A stretch of DNA of 64,000 nucleotides, from positions 885 through 64,884 of the forward strand of contig JBDRLN010000066.1 of the NCBI GenBank assembly GCA_043812955.1, read 5' to 3'. Below, piece after piece: positions 9,229 to 19,727 of the stretch; position 1 is the first letter of the stretch; every line of letters starts with the position of its first letter. The notes beneath the pieces are model-generated. The model saw only the letters and a program-made list of their open reading frames with translations, searched no databases and had not been told where the DNA came from. This stretch comes from Candidatus Omnitrophota bacterium (GTDB taxonomy: Bacteria; Omnitrophota; Gorgyraeia; Gygaellales; Profunditerraquicolaceae). The position numbers were made by a program, and so were the translations under genes.

Positions 9229-11400
9229 ATGAATAATAAAATAGTGCTGGATATTTATGGAATGCATTGCGCCTCTTGCGCTTTAAATATCGAGCAAGCC
9301 TTGATAAAAGTTGCTGGAGTAATTAGTTCCCGGGTTAATTTTGCCTCTGAAAAGGCTTATATAGAATTTGATCCCCAAGAGTTGAAGGTCCAGGATTTTA
9401 TCCGGATAATTGAACAAGCCGGGTATAAAGCTGATGTCCCCGGAACAATGGATGCGGAAAAAGAAATCCGGGATAAGGAAATTAAGGTCTTAAGGATAAA
9501 ATTCATTATCGCCCTAGTTTTTTCATCCATCCTGATGGCTATATCAATGATAAATCACTCTCAAATAGTCCTAACCCAGTTTATCTTATCGACTGCGGTA
9601 TTAATCTGCGGCTATAAGTTTTTTTCCCAGGGGATAACCGTGCTATTGAGGAATAAGCGGGCGAATATGTATACTTTAGTGGCTTTAGGGGTAGGCAGCG
9701 CCTATTTTTATAGCCTAGGAGCAAGTTTCTTTAAAGGAGCTAATCTTTATTATGAGGCAGCAGCTTTTTTACTTACTTTTATTTTATTAGGCAAATACTT
9801 GGAGGCAGTGACTAAGAGGAAGACCTCTCAGGCGATCAGGCGTTTATGGGGATTGCGTCCTAAAACAGCCTTGGTTATCCGCCAAGGCAAGGAAGAAGAA
9901 ATCACCGTAGAGGAATTGATAGTCGGGGATATTATTATTGTTAAACCCGGCCAACGGATCCCAGTAGATGGTAAAGTTGTGGAAGGTTATTCCAGTGTAG
10001 ACGAGTCAATGGTTACTGGCGAAAGCCTGCCGATAGAAAAGACTATTAATTCCCCGGTTATAGGCGGGACTATCAATAAATCCGGTTCTTTTAAATTTCA
10101 AGCTGTTAAAATCGGCAAAGATACGATTCTTGTCCAGATCATTAAATTAGTTGAAGAGGCTCAGGGGTCAAAGGTCCCTATCCAAAAGTTGGCGGATAAA
10201 GTCTCAAGCTTTTTTGTGCCAGCGGTTTTATTAATAGGGATACTGACATTTATAATCTGGTTTTTTTGGGTAAAAAATCCGGATCTGGCCTTAAATAATT
10301 TTATCTCGGTGTTAATCATCGCCTGTCCTTGTGCCTTGGGGCTAGCTACTCCTACTGCAGCGATGATGGGTACCGGAATAGGCGCTAATAAAGGCATACT
10401 TATAAAAAATGCCTCTAGCCTGGAAATCTGCCATAAGGCCCAGGTAATTGTTTTTGATAAAACCGGGACTTTAACCGAAGGAAGGCCATCCTTGACTGAT
10501 ATTGTTTTAATTAAGGCTAAAGACAGACAGGAAGTTTTAAAATATGCTGCCATAGCCGAAAAGCGCTCAGAGCATCCTTTGGCTGAAGCTATCTGTGCAG
10601 AGGCTAAAAAAGAAAATTTAGATATTCCTGAACCGGATTTATTTAATTCTCTGGCTGGAAAAGGGGTGATCGCCAGGTTTAATTCGGGGGTAATAATTTT
10701 AGGGAACAGAAAACTGTTTAGCGATAGAAAGATAGATTATTCTTTTCTTGAAGATAGGCTAACGGCATTAGAAATACAGGGTAAGACTGTAATGATGGTA
10801 GGTTTCAATAATGAGATTTTAGGTATTTTGGCTCTGGCAGACACATTAAAGGAATCCGCGAAACATACGGTAGGGGCATTAAACAAAATGGGTAAAGAAG
10901 TTTTAATGGTTAGCGGGGACAACCTGTCTACGGCTAAGGCGATCGCCCGCCAGGCAGGCATTGAAAAAGTATTGGCCGAGGTTTTACCGCAGGATAAAGT
11001 CCAGGAGATAAAGAAAATCCAGGCTAAGGGTTTAAGCGTGGCTATGGTCGGCGATGGGATCAATGATGCCCCGGCATTGGCCCAGGCAGATATAGGTATT
11101 GCTATAGGTGCGGGAACAGACATAGCTTTGGAGTCGGCAGATATCGTTTTGATCAGGGATGACTTAAGAGGTGTGATCTTAGCTATGGATTTATCAAGGT
11201 ACACCTTAAGAAAGATACGCCAGAATCTTTTTTGGGTTTTTTTTTATAATACTATAAGTATACCTATAGCCGCGGGCGCACTTTATCCATTTTTTAAGGT
11301 CTTGCTAAATCCTGTAGTCGCTGCCCTAGCCATGACTTTTAGCTCAGTTTCAGTTGTGGTTAATTCGCTTATGATGAAAAGATACCGTTTTAAACAGTAA
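9229..11400 (+). CDS. copA: Copper-translocating P1B-type ATPase
   Basis: HMA domain with GMHCASC, CPC transmembrane motif, DKTGTLT phosphorylation site, GDGINDAP hinge. Confidence 0.9.
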   Translation: MNNKIVLDIYGMHCASCALNIEQALIKVAGVISSRVNFASEKAYIEFDPQELKVQDFIRIIEQAGYKADVPGTMDAEKEIRDKEIKVLRIKFIIALVFSSILMAISMINHSQIVLTQFILSTAVLICGYKFFSQGITVLLRNKRANMYTLVALGVGSAYFYSLGASFFKGANLYYEAAAFLLTFILLGKYLEAVTKRKTSQAIRRLWGLRPKTALVIRQGKEEEITVEELIVGDIIIVKPGQRIPVDGKVVEGYSSVDESMVTGESLPIEKTINSPVIGGTINKSGSFKFQAVKIGKDTILVQIIKLVEEAQGSKVPIQKLADKVSSFFVPAVLLIGILTFIIWFFWVKNPDLALNNFISVLIIACPCALGLATPTAAMMGTGIGANKGILIKNASSLEICHKAQVIVFDKTGTLTEGRPSLTDIVLIKAKDRQEVLKYAAIAEKRSEHPLAEAICAEAKKENLDIPEPDLFNSLAGKGVIARFNSGVIILGNRKLFSDRKIDYSFLEDRLTALEIQGKTVMMVGFNNEILGILALADTLKESAKHTVGALNKMGKEVLMVSGDNLSTAKAIARQAGIEKVLAEVLPQDKVQEIKKIQAKGLSVAMVGDGINDAPALAQADIGIAIGAGTDIALESADIVLIRDDLRGVILAMDLSRYTLRKIRQNLFWVFFYNTISIPIAAGALYPFFKVLLNPVVAALAMTFSSVSVVVNSLMMKRYRFKQ

Positions 11401-11424
11401 CAAGTGTTTTTTGAGCGGATTCAT

Positions 11425-11453
11425 TTGCTTAAAGCGGATAATCTTGGTATAAT
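11425..11453 (+). promoter_or_regulatory. sigma70-like promoter TTGCTT-N17-TATAAT
   Basis: Seen directly upstream of the Nfu-like gene, followed by a ~90-nt leader. Confidence 0.5.
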
Positions 11454-11548
11454 TTAACGAAATAAATATCAAAAGAACGGCTGATTAAATAATACACCCC
11501 GCTTAATCGAATCGGCGGGTGTCCCGTCCACTGCGGGAGGAGGCTAAA

Positions 11549-11770
11549 ATGCGCGAACAGATAGAGAAGGCTTTAGATAAAGTAAGAGGAATGCTGGCTA
11601 TGGATGGCGGAAATGTGGAATTAGTGGATGTTTCCGAAGACGGGATAGTGAAGGTTAAACTTACCGGTTCCTGCGGCTGCTGCCCGATGAGTGAGATGAC
11701 TTTAAAGATGGGTATTGAGCGGGCCTTAAAACAAGAAGTCCCTCAGATAAAAGCGGTGGTTGCGGTATAA
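11549..11770 (+). CDS. nfuA: NifU-like (Nfu) Fe-S cluster scaffold domain protein
   Basis: GGNVELVDV...GSCGCCPMS: Nfu C-terminal-domain CxxC motif. Start moved to the internal Met with a GGGAGGAGG RBS. Confidence 0.8.
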   Translation: MREQIEKALDKVRGMLAMDGGNVELVDVSEDGIVKVKLTGSCGCCPMSEMTLKMGIERALKQEVPQIKAVVAV

Positions 11771-11863
11771 TTACCAAGCGTATAGTTTTACATTTCCTTC
11801 TGCGGCTGGCGTATAAATCGACCTGACCTACCTACTCCTTGGAAGTGCATTTCTAAAATAACA

Positions 11864-12700
11864 ATGCAAGATAAAATTCTGGATTTTTTAAAGCTAAAGC
11901 AGGAAATTTCAAGCGGCCATCCGGAGGAATTATCCTGCGCGAACATAACCCATCAATTGCATACCAGATTCATCGGTCGCAAGGTTTATTATTTTCAAAA
12001 GGTCGCTTCTACAATGGATGTGGCAATGCAATGGGTTACTAAGGGTGCCTGCGAAGGGACTCTGGTTCTGGCTGAGACCCAGACTAAAGGCAGAGGCAGG
12101 CTAGGCAGGATCTGGTCTTCTCCGAAATACAAAGGCATATACCTGTCTTTGATCTTAAAGCCCAAGATCTTGCCTTCTGAAGCCCCTATATTTACTTTTT
12201 TGGCTTCAGTATCCATCTGCGAGGCGATTAAGGAGGCGGCTGAACTGGAGGCCAGGATAAAATGGCCCAACGATATTTTAATTAAAAATAAAAAAGTCGG
12301 GGGGATATTAACTGAATTAGACGCGGAAATGGATGCGGTGCGTTTTTTGGTTATTGGAATAGGTTTGAATGTTAATAATGATATGGCGAGTATTGTTTCG
12401 GGCGCAACTTCTTTAAAGGAACAGAAGAAAGAGGAAATAAACCGGGTAGAAGTGCTTCGGGAATTACTCCGTCGGATTGAAGCTAATTATCTGGCTTTTC
12501 AAAAAGATGGGCCCAGGGTTATACTTGAGAAATGGCGGGACTACAATATTACCTTAGGAAAAAGGGTCCGGGTATCTTTTCACCAAGAGCATATTGAGGG
12601 AGAGGCGCTGGATATTGATATTGACGGCGCTCTTCTGGTGAGAAATGATTCCGGACTTATTCATAAGTTTACCGCTGGCGATGTTACTTTCTGTCGGTAA
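11864..12700 (+). CDS. birA: Biotin-[acetyl-CoA-carboxylase] ligase (no N-terminal HTH)
   Basis: GRGRLGRIWSSP biotin-ligase signature; BPL_LplA_LipB catalytic fold and C-terminal SH3-like region. Confidence 0.8.
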   Translation: MQDKILDFLKLKQEISSGHPEELSCANITHQLHTRFIGRKVYYFQKVASTMDVAMQWVTKGACEGTLVLAETQTKGRGRLGRIWSSPKYKGIYLSLILKPKILPSEAPIFTFLASVSICEAIKEAAELEARIKWPNDILIKNKKVGGILTELDAEMDAVRFLVIGIGLNVNNDMASIVSGATSLKEQKKEEINRVEVLRELLRRIEANYLAFQKDGPRVILEKWRDYNITLGKRVRVSFHQEHIEGEALDIDIDGALLVRNDSGLIHKFTAGDVTFCR

Positions 12701-12841
12701 AAAGAAGATTGCTCTTAGGCTAAGATTAAGGTATAATCACCAGAAATCCGGATTTTAGGTTTAATATCCCGCAATAGTCATTGCGGGATCGAGTAAAATT
12801 TAATCGCCAGCCGGCAAATTTTACTTGAAAAGGAGTTTTAG

Positions 12842-13765
12842 ATGCTTAAGAATTTATTCCAGTTTAGCTTGGAAGATAAAATCAAAGAGTTGAAGAAAAA
12901 ACGCGCTGCTGTGATCCTGGCTCATAATTACCAGCTTCCGGAAGTCCAGGATGTGGCTGATTATCGCGGAGATTCTTTAGAGTTAAGCCGGATTGCCGCT
13001 AAAATAGACGCTAAAGTGATTATTTTTTGCGGGGTGTATTTTATGGTTGAGACTGCGTCAATTCTTTGCCCGGACAAGAAGATAATTATGCCGGATATAT
13101 CTGCCGGCTGCCCTATGGCAAGTATGATTACTGCTGAGGGCTTGAGAAAATTAAAAAGAGAGCATCCTGATGCCGTTGTGGTAGGTTATGTCAATACCCC
13201 GGCAGAGGTTAAGGCAGAATTGGATGTTTGTTGTACCTCAACCAATGCCGTAGCAGTGGTCAATGCCCTGAAAGACGCTAAGGATATTATATTTGTTCCG
13301 GATAAATACCTGGCAGATTATGTCTCTAAAAAAACCGGCAGAAAACTGATCTCCTGGAATGGGTTTTGTCCTACTCACGTTCAGATACTGCCGGAAGATA
13401 TTAAAAGAGAGAAGAAATTTCATCCTAAGGCTAAAGTCATAGTCCATCCGGAATGCCTACCGGAGGTAGTGGCTATGGCAGATGAGGCATTATCAACCAG
13501 CAGGATGGCCCAGTTTTCTAAAGAGACCTCGGCAAAAGAGATTATAGTAGGGACTGAGGTGGGCATTATTTTTCGCTTGAAGAAGGACAATCCGGATAAA
13601 GAATTTTATCCTGCTTCTGAACGGGCAGTTTGCCCGAATATGAAACGTACTACCCAGGAGAAGATCCTTTGGTCTTTGCAGGAGTTAAAGGATGAGGTAA
13701 GGGTATCCGACGATATCCGGCGCCGGGCAATTAAGGCTATTGAAAAGATGCTTAAAATAGTCTGA
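12842..13765 (+). CDS. nadA: Quinolinate synthase
   Basis: ILAHNYQ N-terminal motif and three-fold repeat with conserved Cys (CGVYFM, CPTH, CPNM). Confidence 0.9.
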   Translation: MLKNLFQFSLEDKIKELKKKRAAVILAHNYQLPEVQDVADYRGDSLELSRIAAKIDAKVIIFCGVYFMVETASILCPDKKIIMPDISAGCPMASMITAEGLRKLKREHPDAVVVGYVNTPAEVKAELDVCCTSTNAVAVVNALKDAKDIIFVPDKYLADYVSKKTGRKLISWNGFCPTHVQILPEDIKREKKFHPKAKVIVHPECLPEVVAMADEALSTSRMAQFSKETSAKEIIVGTEVGIIFRLKKDNPDKEFYPASERAVCPNMKRTTQEKILWSLQELKDEVRVSDDIRRRAIKAIEKMLKIV

Positions 13766-14421
13766 TGCAGGATTATTTTAAATATAAACTCAGCAATATA
13801 CCGGTAGTTTATGAAGATGAGTGGCTTTTGATTGTAGATAAGCCGCCCGGGCTCTTAACTATCCCTACGCCCAAGAAGGATTCCCGGACTTTAACCAGCA
13901 TTTTGAATGAGGAGATGAAGAAGAAGGGTGGAGTATTTAATCTTCACCCCTGTCATCGTTTGGATAAAGAGACTTCAGGCTTAATCATTTATGCTAAGGG
14001 TAAATCCGCGCAGCAGAAAATGATGGGGCTGTTTCATCAGCGTAAAGTTGATAAAGTCTATATTGCTTTTGTCCAGGGTAATTTAGCCAGAGATGAAGGA
14101 GAAATTAAAAACCGGATTGAAGGAAAAAACGCTCTTACCCGGTATAAGGTTTGTCAGCGGAAAAAAGATTTTAGCGTTGTTGAAATCCGGCCTTTAACCG
14201 GGAGGACGAATCAGATCAGGATCCATTTTAAACAAATCGGCTATCCTATTGTCGGCGATGATAAATTCGTTTTCCGTAAAGACTTTGCCTTAAGGTCAAA
14301 ACATCTATGCCTGCAGGCCAAGGCGCTAAGGTTCTCTCATCCGGTTAACGCTAAAATGATTAGCCTAGATATACCTTTATCCAGATACCTGGGCGATTTT
14401 TTAGGAAAACACCAATGTTAA
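13765..14421 (+). CDS. RluA-family pseudouridine synthase
   Basis: HRLDKETSGLIIYAKG catalytic Asp motif. Confidence 0.8.
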   Translation: MQDYFKYKLSNIPVVYEDEWLLIVDKPPGLLTIPTPKKDSRTLTSILNEEMKKKGGVFNLHPCHRLDKETSGLIIYAKGKSAQQKMMGLFHQRKVDKVYIAFVQGNLARDEGEIKNRIEGKNALTRYKVCQRKKDFSVVEIRPLTGRTNQIRIHFKQIGYPIVGDDKFVFRKDFALRSKHLCLQAKALRFSHPVNAKMISLDIPLSRYLGDFLGKHQC

Positions 14422-15158
14422 AATATATCATTTTAGGCCTAACTCAAGGGTTGACTGAATTTTTACCTGTAAGTAGTTCTGGCCACCTGGTAATTATGCA
14501 GCGGATTTTAGGTTTAGCGGGAGAAGAATTAGTTTTGTCGGTAGTCTTACATTTAGGGACTGTATTATCCTTACTAGTTTTTTTCCATAAAGATATATTT
14601 AAATTACTGCGGAATTTTAGATGGGTATTGCTTATTCTTTTAGTTACAGTTATTACCGGAGCCATCGGAATATCCGGTAAAGATTTCTTTAAAAGTATGT
14701 TTTCCGCACCTGCGTATGTTAGTTTAGGGCTATTAGTGACAGGCGCAATCCTTATTCTGACTAAGAAGACCAGGGGTTATAAAAGGGAAGATTTAAATTT
14801 TAAAGACGCTTTAATTTTAGGAGTTACTCAAGCAATAGCCATTGTCCCTGGTATTTCTCGCTCCGGGATCACTATATCCACGCTATTATTGCGCGGAATA
14901 AAAGCGGATACTGTTTTTCGTTTCTCTTTTTTAGCCTCCATACCGGCAATTTTAGGCGCGGCCCTATTAGAGGCCAAGGATATAGCCTTGGTTTATCAAG
15001 GCCAGGCCGGAAATCTGATTGCCGGATTTATTTTTAGTTTTCTTGCCGGTATAATCGCCCTGTCATTATTACGCAAGATGATCTTAGATGCTAAATTCTA
15101 TTATTTTGGCTATTATTGTATAACCGTGGCTTTATTAATGTTTTTATTTATAAGATGA
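14415..15158 (+). CDS. uppP: Undecaprenyl-diphosphate phosphatase
   Basis: GLTQGLTEFLPVSSSGHL and PGISRSG BacA/UppP signatures. Confidence 0.9.
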   Translation: MLKYIILGLTQGLTEFLPVSSSGHLVIMQRILGLAGEELVLSVVLHLGTVLSLLVFFHKDIFKLLRNFRWVLLILLVTVITGAIGISGKDFFKSMFSAPAYVSLGLLVTGAILILTKKTRGYKREDLNFKDALILGVTQAIAIVPGISRSGITISTLLLRGIKADTVFRFSFLASIPAILGAALLEAKDIALVYQGQAGNLIAGFIFSFLAGIIALSLLRKMILDAKFYYFGYYCITVALLMFLFIR

Positions 15159-16054
15159 GCCTACTGGTATTAGGGACAGTTGCATTAGATACCGTAAAAA
15201 CTCCGTTTGGCTTGCGCAAAAGAATGCTGGGCGGTTCAGCTGTGCATTTTTCTATGTCAGCTCGCCTTTTCACTGTTATCCACTTAGTGGCGGTAGTGGG
15301 CGCAGATTTTCCTGCGGAGCATATCAATTTTTTAAAAGATAAGGGCATTATCCTGGATTCGTTGGTCCGTAGCTCCGGAAGAACTTTCTATTGGGAAGGT
15401 AAATACGAAGGGGATTTGAATTCTGCGATTACCCTGGATACGCAGTTAGGGGTACTCGCAGATTTTAAGCCCCGAGTCAGCTTTAAAGATAGATCGATCA
15501 AGAATATATTTCTGGCCAATATTGACCCGGATATTCAGCGGCATTTGTTAGAGGGCATGGATTCTCCGCGGATAGTAGCAGTGGATAGTATGAATTACTG
15601 GATAAACACGAAGCGCGCTTCTCTCCTGCGCCTGTTAAAAAGAGTGAATATTTATGTGGCTAATGACGCTGAGGCCAGGGGCTTATCCGGCGAGACCAAT
15701 CTGATCAAGGCTGCCAAACGTTTACGTTCTTTAGGTCCAGACATAGTCTTGATCAAGAAAGGCGAGCACGGCGTCTTGCTTTATAGTGATAAATTTAAAT
15801 TCATTCTGCCGGCATATCCGGTGGATAAAGTAATTGATCCCACGGGCGCGGGCGATACCTTTGCCGGTGGATTTATGGGATATCTTGCCAGGTGCGGAAA
15901 AATAAATAAACTCTCAATTAAAAAAGCGATTTGCTATGGGACTATCGCTGCTTCTTTTAATGTTGAGGGTTTTGGGGTAGAGAAGACCTGTCGGTTTAAC
16001 CTTAGGCAGTTGGAAAAAAGATTAAAGGAATTTAAAGATATAGTTATATTTTGA
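15155..16054 (+). CDS. PfkB-family carbohydrate/nucleoside kinase
   Basis: DPTGAGDTFAGGF ribokinase-family motif; start moved to MSLLVLGT overlapping the uppP stop. Confidence 0.75.
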   Translation: MSLLVLGTVALDTVKTPFGLRKRMLGGSAVHFSMSARLFTVIHLVAVVGADFPAEHINFLKDKGIILDSLVRSSGRTFYWEGKYEGDLNSAITLDTQLGVLADFKPRVSFKDRSIKNIFLANIDPDIQRHLLEGMDSPRIVAVDSMNYWINTKRASLLRLLKRVNIYVANDAEARGLSGETNLIKAAKRLRSLGPDIVLIKKGEHGVLLYSDKFKFILPAYPVDKVIDPTGAGDTFAGGFMGYLARCGKINKLSIKKAICYGTIAASFNVEGFGVEKTCRFNLRQLEKRLKEFKDIVIF

Positions 16055-16175
16055 TAAATCTGTTCTATCCGCCTTCGTGCTTTAATAGAGCACGAAATAG
16101 CTCTGGCGCGCTACGGCGGATCTCACTTAATGTCTGCCTTCGGCAGACGTATCTAGGTGCTCGAGGAGGTTGAAG

Positions 16176-16622
16176 ATGCTGGAAGATAAAATATTCATGG
16201 ACTATAAAGATGCGCTGAAAAATAAGGATAGCTTAAAAAGCAGTATTTTAAGTTTTTTACGGGCTCAGTTTATGAACCTGGCCCTAGAAAAGAAAAAGGA
16301 TAAACTGGATGATGCTGATTGCATGTCGGTGATCAAAAAGCTGATTAAGCAGCATCAGGATTCTATAGAGCAGTTTACCAAAGGAGCCAGGCTAGATTTG
16401 GTTGATAAAGAAGCAAAAGAAATGGAGATCCTCAAAAGCTATCTGCCCAAAGAATTAGGCCTGGATGAACTTAAAAAGCTGATTGAAGAAGTTATCCTTT
16501 TAACCGGCGCCGCGGGTATGAAAGATATGGGCAAGGTGATCAAAGAGGTAATGGCTAAATCCGCCGGAGCCTGTGATAATAAATTAGTCAGTGATTTGAT
16601 TAAACTGAGGCTTACTAGTTAA
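16176..16622 (+). CDS. GatB/YqeY domain protein
   Basis: YqeY-like helical domain; GAGGAGG RBS 6 nt before the ATG. The track ORF uses an upstream TTG at 16170. Confidence 0.7.
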   Translation: MLEDKIFMDYKDALKNKDSLKSSILSFLRAQFMNLALEKKKDKLDDADCMSVIKKLIKQHQDSIEQFTKGARLDLVDKEAKEMEILKSYLPKELGLDELKKLIEEVILLTGAAGMKDMGKVIKEVMAKSAGACDNKLVSDLIKLRLTS

Positions 16623-16625
16623 AAG

Positions 16626-17825
16626 ATGTTTTCCTCTCTTTCTGTCCCGAACTACCGCTTATATTGGAGCGGGATGTTTATCTCCCTTACCGGAAACTGG
16701 ATTCAGATCGTAGCTTTGAGCTGGCTGGTATTTCAGCTGACCAACTCCGCTTTTTTACTGGGGGTGGTGGGTTTTTTAAGCTCGATCCCGATATTTTTGT
16801 TTTCTTTATTCGGGGGAGTAATCGCGGACCGGATGAATAAGCGCAATGTGCTTTTATTCACCCAGGTAGTTTTTATGGCCTTGGCTTTTATTTTAGCCAT
16901 TCTGACTCAGATAAAATTAATCACCCCCGGACAGATAATGCTTATTGCCGTTTTAAATGGAACGATTATGGCTTTTGACGCGCCCAGCCGCCAGGCAATG
17001 GTTGTGGAATTGGTAGGGAAAAAGCATTTAATGAACGCTATTGCCTTAAATTCTGTTGCCTTCAATTCCAGCCGGATCATCGGCCCGGCCTTAGCCGGTA
17101 TATTTGTAAGCCTTATCGGGATGAGCGGATGTTTTTATATTAATGCCCTAAGTTTTATAGCGGTTATTATCGCCCTTTTATTCATTAATATAACCAAAGT
17201 AAGGGGTGCTTTCGGAAAGAGCGCGGGCGCAATCGCGGATTTAAAAGAAGGATTAATGTTTATCCGGGATAATCCTTTAATATTGATATTAGTAGCGATG
17301 ATCGGGATTATGAGCCTGTTTGGCACGTCTTACGCTATCCTGATGCCGATATTCGCCAATGATATTTTGAAAGTCGGGGTTAAGGGCTTAGGGATTTTGA
17401 TGTCTTCTGCCGGTGTAGGCGCGGTAATCGCGTCTTTAGTTCTGGCCAGGCTGGGAGATTTCAAATATAAAGGATATTTATTAATAATATCGTCCTTGGT
17501 ATTTTCGCTTTCCTTAATTTTATTTTCTTTCTCCCGCTCATATTTACTTTCAATCTTTAGTTTGATCCTGATGGGCTGGGGTAATGTCAGTTTGTTCGCC
17601 TTGGTCAATACCATATTGCAGTCTACGGTTAAAGATGAATTCCGGGGAAGGATAATGAGCGTATATATGTTCACCTTTGCCGGAATGATGCCTTTTGGTA
17701 ACTTAATCTCCGGAAGCCTGGCCTCTAAAACCGGCGCTCCTTTTGCTGTGATGTTGGGGGGAGTTATCTGCCTGATTTTATTTTTAGCCATTGGTATCCG
17801 ATACTCGGATTTAAGAAGGCTTTAA
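16626..17825 (+). CDS. MFS transporter
   Basis: 12 predicted TM helices, GxxxDRxxKR loop motif. Confidence 0.8.
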   Translation: MFSSLSVPNYRLYWSGMFISLTGNWIQIVALSWLVFQLTNSAFLLGVVGFLSSIPIFLFSLFGGVIADRMNKRNVLLFTQVVFMALAFILAILTQIKLITPGQIMLIAVLNGTIMAFDAPSRQAMVVELVGKKHLMNAIALNSVAFNSSRIIGPALAGIFVSLIGMSGCFYINALSFIAVIIALLFINITKVRGAFGKSAGAIADLKEGLMFIRDNPLILILVAMIGIMSLFGTSYAILMPIFANDILKVGVKGLGILMSSAGVGAVIASLVLARLGDFKYKGYLLIISSLVFSLSLILFSFSRSYLLSIFSLILMGWGNVSLFALVNTILQSTVKDEFRGRIMSVYMFTFAGMMPFGNLISGSLASKTGAPFAVMLGGVICLILFLAIGIRYSDLRRL

Positions 17826-17887
17826 ATATTTCATTTGATTTTTTACTAGGAAGTAATATAATGATTTTAGGAAGGGAGGAATATTAG

Positions 17888-18406
17888 ATGAAGAAATTTG
17901 GTTTTATAATATTAACTTTAGCGGTGGTTGTGGCTCTGGCTGGCTGTGGCAAAAAGCAGGAGGCTTTAGAGCAGATGCAGCAGCCTATGGCGCCTGAAGA
18001 TTTAAGCAGGCTTAAGACTGAAAGCTTGGTTGCTATAGAAGTAAGGCCAGAGGCTATGCCTCAAGGCCAAAAAGTAAATGCGCAAGCTTTGCAGTCTCAA
18101 ATAGCGGTAGCGCCGATACCTGAGGTAAAGCTGGAACCGTTACCCCCATCTGGCCCCTTTAGGCCTGCAGTTAATGAGATCCAGACAGCTTTAAAGAATG
18201 CCGGTCTTTATATTGGTAAAGTTGATGGTAAGGCCGGACCGATGACCAAAAAGGCAGTCGAAGAATTTCAGAAAGCCAATAATCTTAAGGTAGATGGTAA
18301 GGTTGGACCTAAGACCTGGTCAGTATTAAGCCAGTATCTTAATCAGGAGCCGGCTCCAAAAGCGTCAACTCCATTAGTTTCTTCTGCCTCAAGCGAGAAG
18401 AGGTAG
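17888..18406 (+). CDS. Lipoprotein with tandem peptidoglycan-binding (PG_binding_1) repeats
   Basis: Lipobox LAGCG, then two KVDGKxGPxTxxA repeats typical of PG-binding domain 1. Confidence 0.65.
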   Translation: MKKFGFIILTLAVVVALAGCGKKQEALEQMQQPMAPEDLSRLKTESLVAIEVRPEAMPQGQKVNAQALQSQIAVAPIPEVKLEPLPPSGPFRPAVNEIQTALKNAGLYIGKVDGKAGPMTKKAVEEFQKANNLKVDGKVGPKTWSVLSQYLNQEPAPKASTPLVSSASSEKR

Positions 18407-18444
18407 CTGAGCTTGAAAAATAAATAGCCTTATGCTATAAGTGT

Positions 18445-18484
18445 AGAAAATCCCAACATTTTTTGTTGGGATTTTCTATTTTTC
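18445..18484 (+). terminator. Rho-independent terminator (14-bp perfect stem, U-tract)
   Basis: agaaaatcccaaca-ttttt-tgttgggattttct followed by atttttct. Confidence 0.7.
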
Positions 18485-18503
18485 TCGTGGTATAATAACG
18501 CCT

Positions 18504-19727
18504 ATGATTGTGTTTCCGCAAGGTTTTTTATGGGGTGCGGCTACCTCTAGCCATCAGGTTGAAGGCAATAATATTAATAATGATTGGTGGGAGTGGGAGA
18601 AATCCGCGAATTTAAAAGAAACCTCAGGGCTCGCCTGCCGGCATTACGAGTTTTTTAAAGAAGATTTTGACTTGGCCCAATCCCTTAATCATAATTGCCA
18701 CCGTTTTTCGATTGAATGGAGCCGTATTTTTCCTTATAGGGAAGAGTTATCTTTTCAGGAGTTTTCACATTACCGGGAAGTAATCTTGGCTTTAAAAGAG
18801 CGTGGCCTGGAACCTATAGTTAGCCTGCACCATTTTACTAATCCTCTCTGGTTTAGTAAGTTAGGCGGCTGGGAAAACCCGGAATCACCAGAATATTTTC
18901 TATATTTTGTCCGTAAGGTAGTTGAAGAATTTGCCGATAAGGTTAAATATTGGGTGACTATTAATGAGCCGATGGTCTATGTATATTATTCTTACATTAT
19001 CGGCTCTTGGCCTCCCCAAAAGAAATCTTTTTCAAAGGCTCGAAGAGTGACTAATAATCTTATTGCCGCGCATATCCGCTCCTACAAGTTAATCCGGGAT
19101 ATTTATAAAAATAAGGGATTGCCTTTGCCTCAGGTGAGTATTGCCAAGAATATGCAGGCCTTTGTCCCTTGCAAAAATACCCTTCGGGATAAGTTGGCGG
19201 TTTATCTGCGGGATAAATCTTTTAATTTCGATCTCCTGGATAAATTAGCCCAGGCTAAGACTCTGGATTTTATCGGAGTTAACTATTATAGCCGCAGCCT
19301 GGTTGAAACTTCCAGCTGGTCGGTTAATAATTTATTGACCCGGGTTTGTCAGGATAATCACAGCCCGTGCCCTAAGAATTCAATGGGTTGGGATATTTAT
19401 GCTCAAGGGTTATATGATCTCTTGTTAAAGCTAAAAAAGTATAACTTGCCGGTTATGATATTAGAGAATGGAATATGCACCGCGGATGATGTCCAGCGTT
19501 GGGATTTTATCTGCCAGCATTTAAAAAGTATCAGTTCAGCAATGGCCAAAGGAATAAAAGTTTTAGGGTTTATCTATTGGTCTCTTTTAGACAATTTTGA
19601 ATGGGATAAAGGTTTTGGCCCCCGTTTTGGGCTGATAGATGTAGAATATAATAATTTCCGGCGCACAGTTAGAGAGAGCGCTAGAAAATTATCCCTGGTT
19701 TGTAAGACCGGCAGACTTGATCAATGA
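18504..19727 (+). CDS. bglA: Glycoside hydrolase family 1 beta-glucosidase
   Basis: TINEP acid/base and ILENG nucleophile motifs; N-terminal FLWGAATSSHQVEG. Confidence 0.85.
   Translation: MIVFPQGFLWGAATSSHQVEGNNINNDWWEWEKSANLKETSGLACRHYEFFKEDFDLAQSLNHNCHRFSIEWSRIFPYREELSFQEFSHYREVILALKERGLEPIVSLHHFTNPLWFSKLGGWENPESPEYFLYFVRKVVEEFADKVKYWVTINEPMVYVYYSYIIGSWPPQKKSFSKARRVTNNLIAAHIRSYKLIRDIYKNKGLPLPQVSIAKNMQAFVPCKNTLRDKLAVYLRDKSFNFDLLDKLAQAKTLDFIGVNYYSRSLVETSSWSVNNLLTRVCQDNHSPCPKNSMGWDIYAQGLYDLLLKLKKYNLPVMILENGICTADDVQRWDFICQHLKSISSAMAKGIKVLGFIYWSLLDNFEWDKGFGPRFGLIDVEYNNFRRTVRESARKLSLVCKTGRLDQ

Noticed and set aside
10161-11204. Minus-strand ORFs 10161-10553 and 10737-11204 inside copA
   Set aside because: They lie fully within a high-confidence P-type ATPase gene on the opposite strand and their translations are low-complexity; they are antisense artefacts.
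17135-17791. Minus-strand ORFs inside the MFS transporter gene
   Set aside because: Antisense to a well-supported membrane transporter; no motifs.
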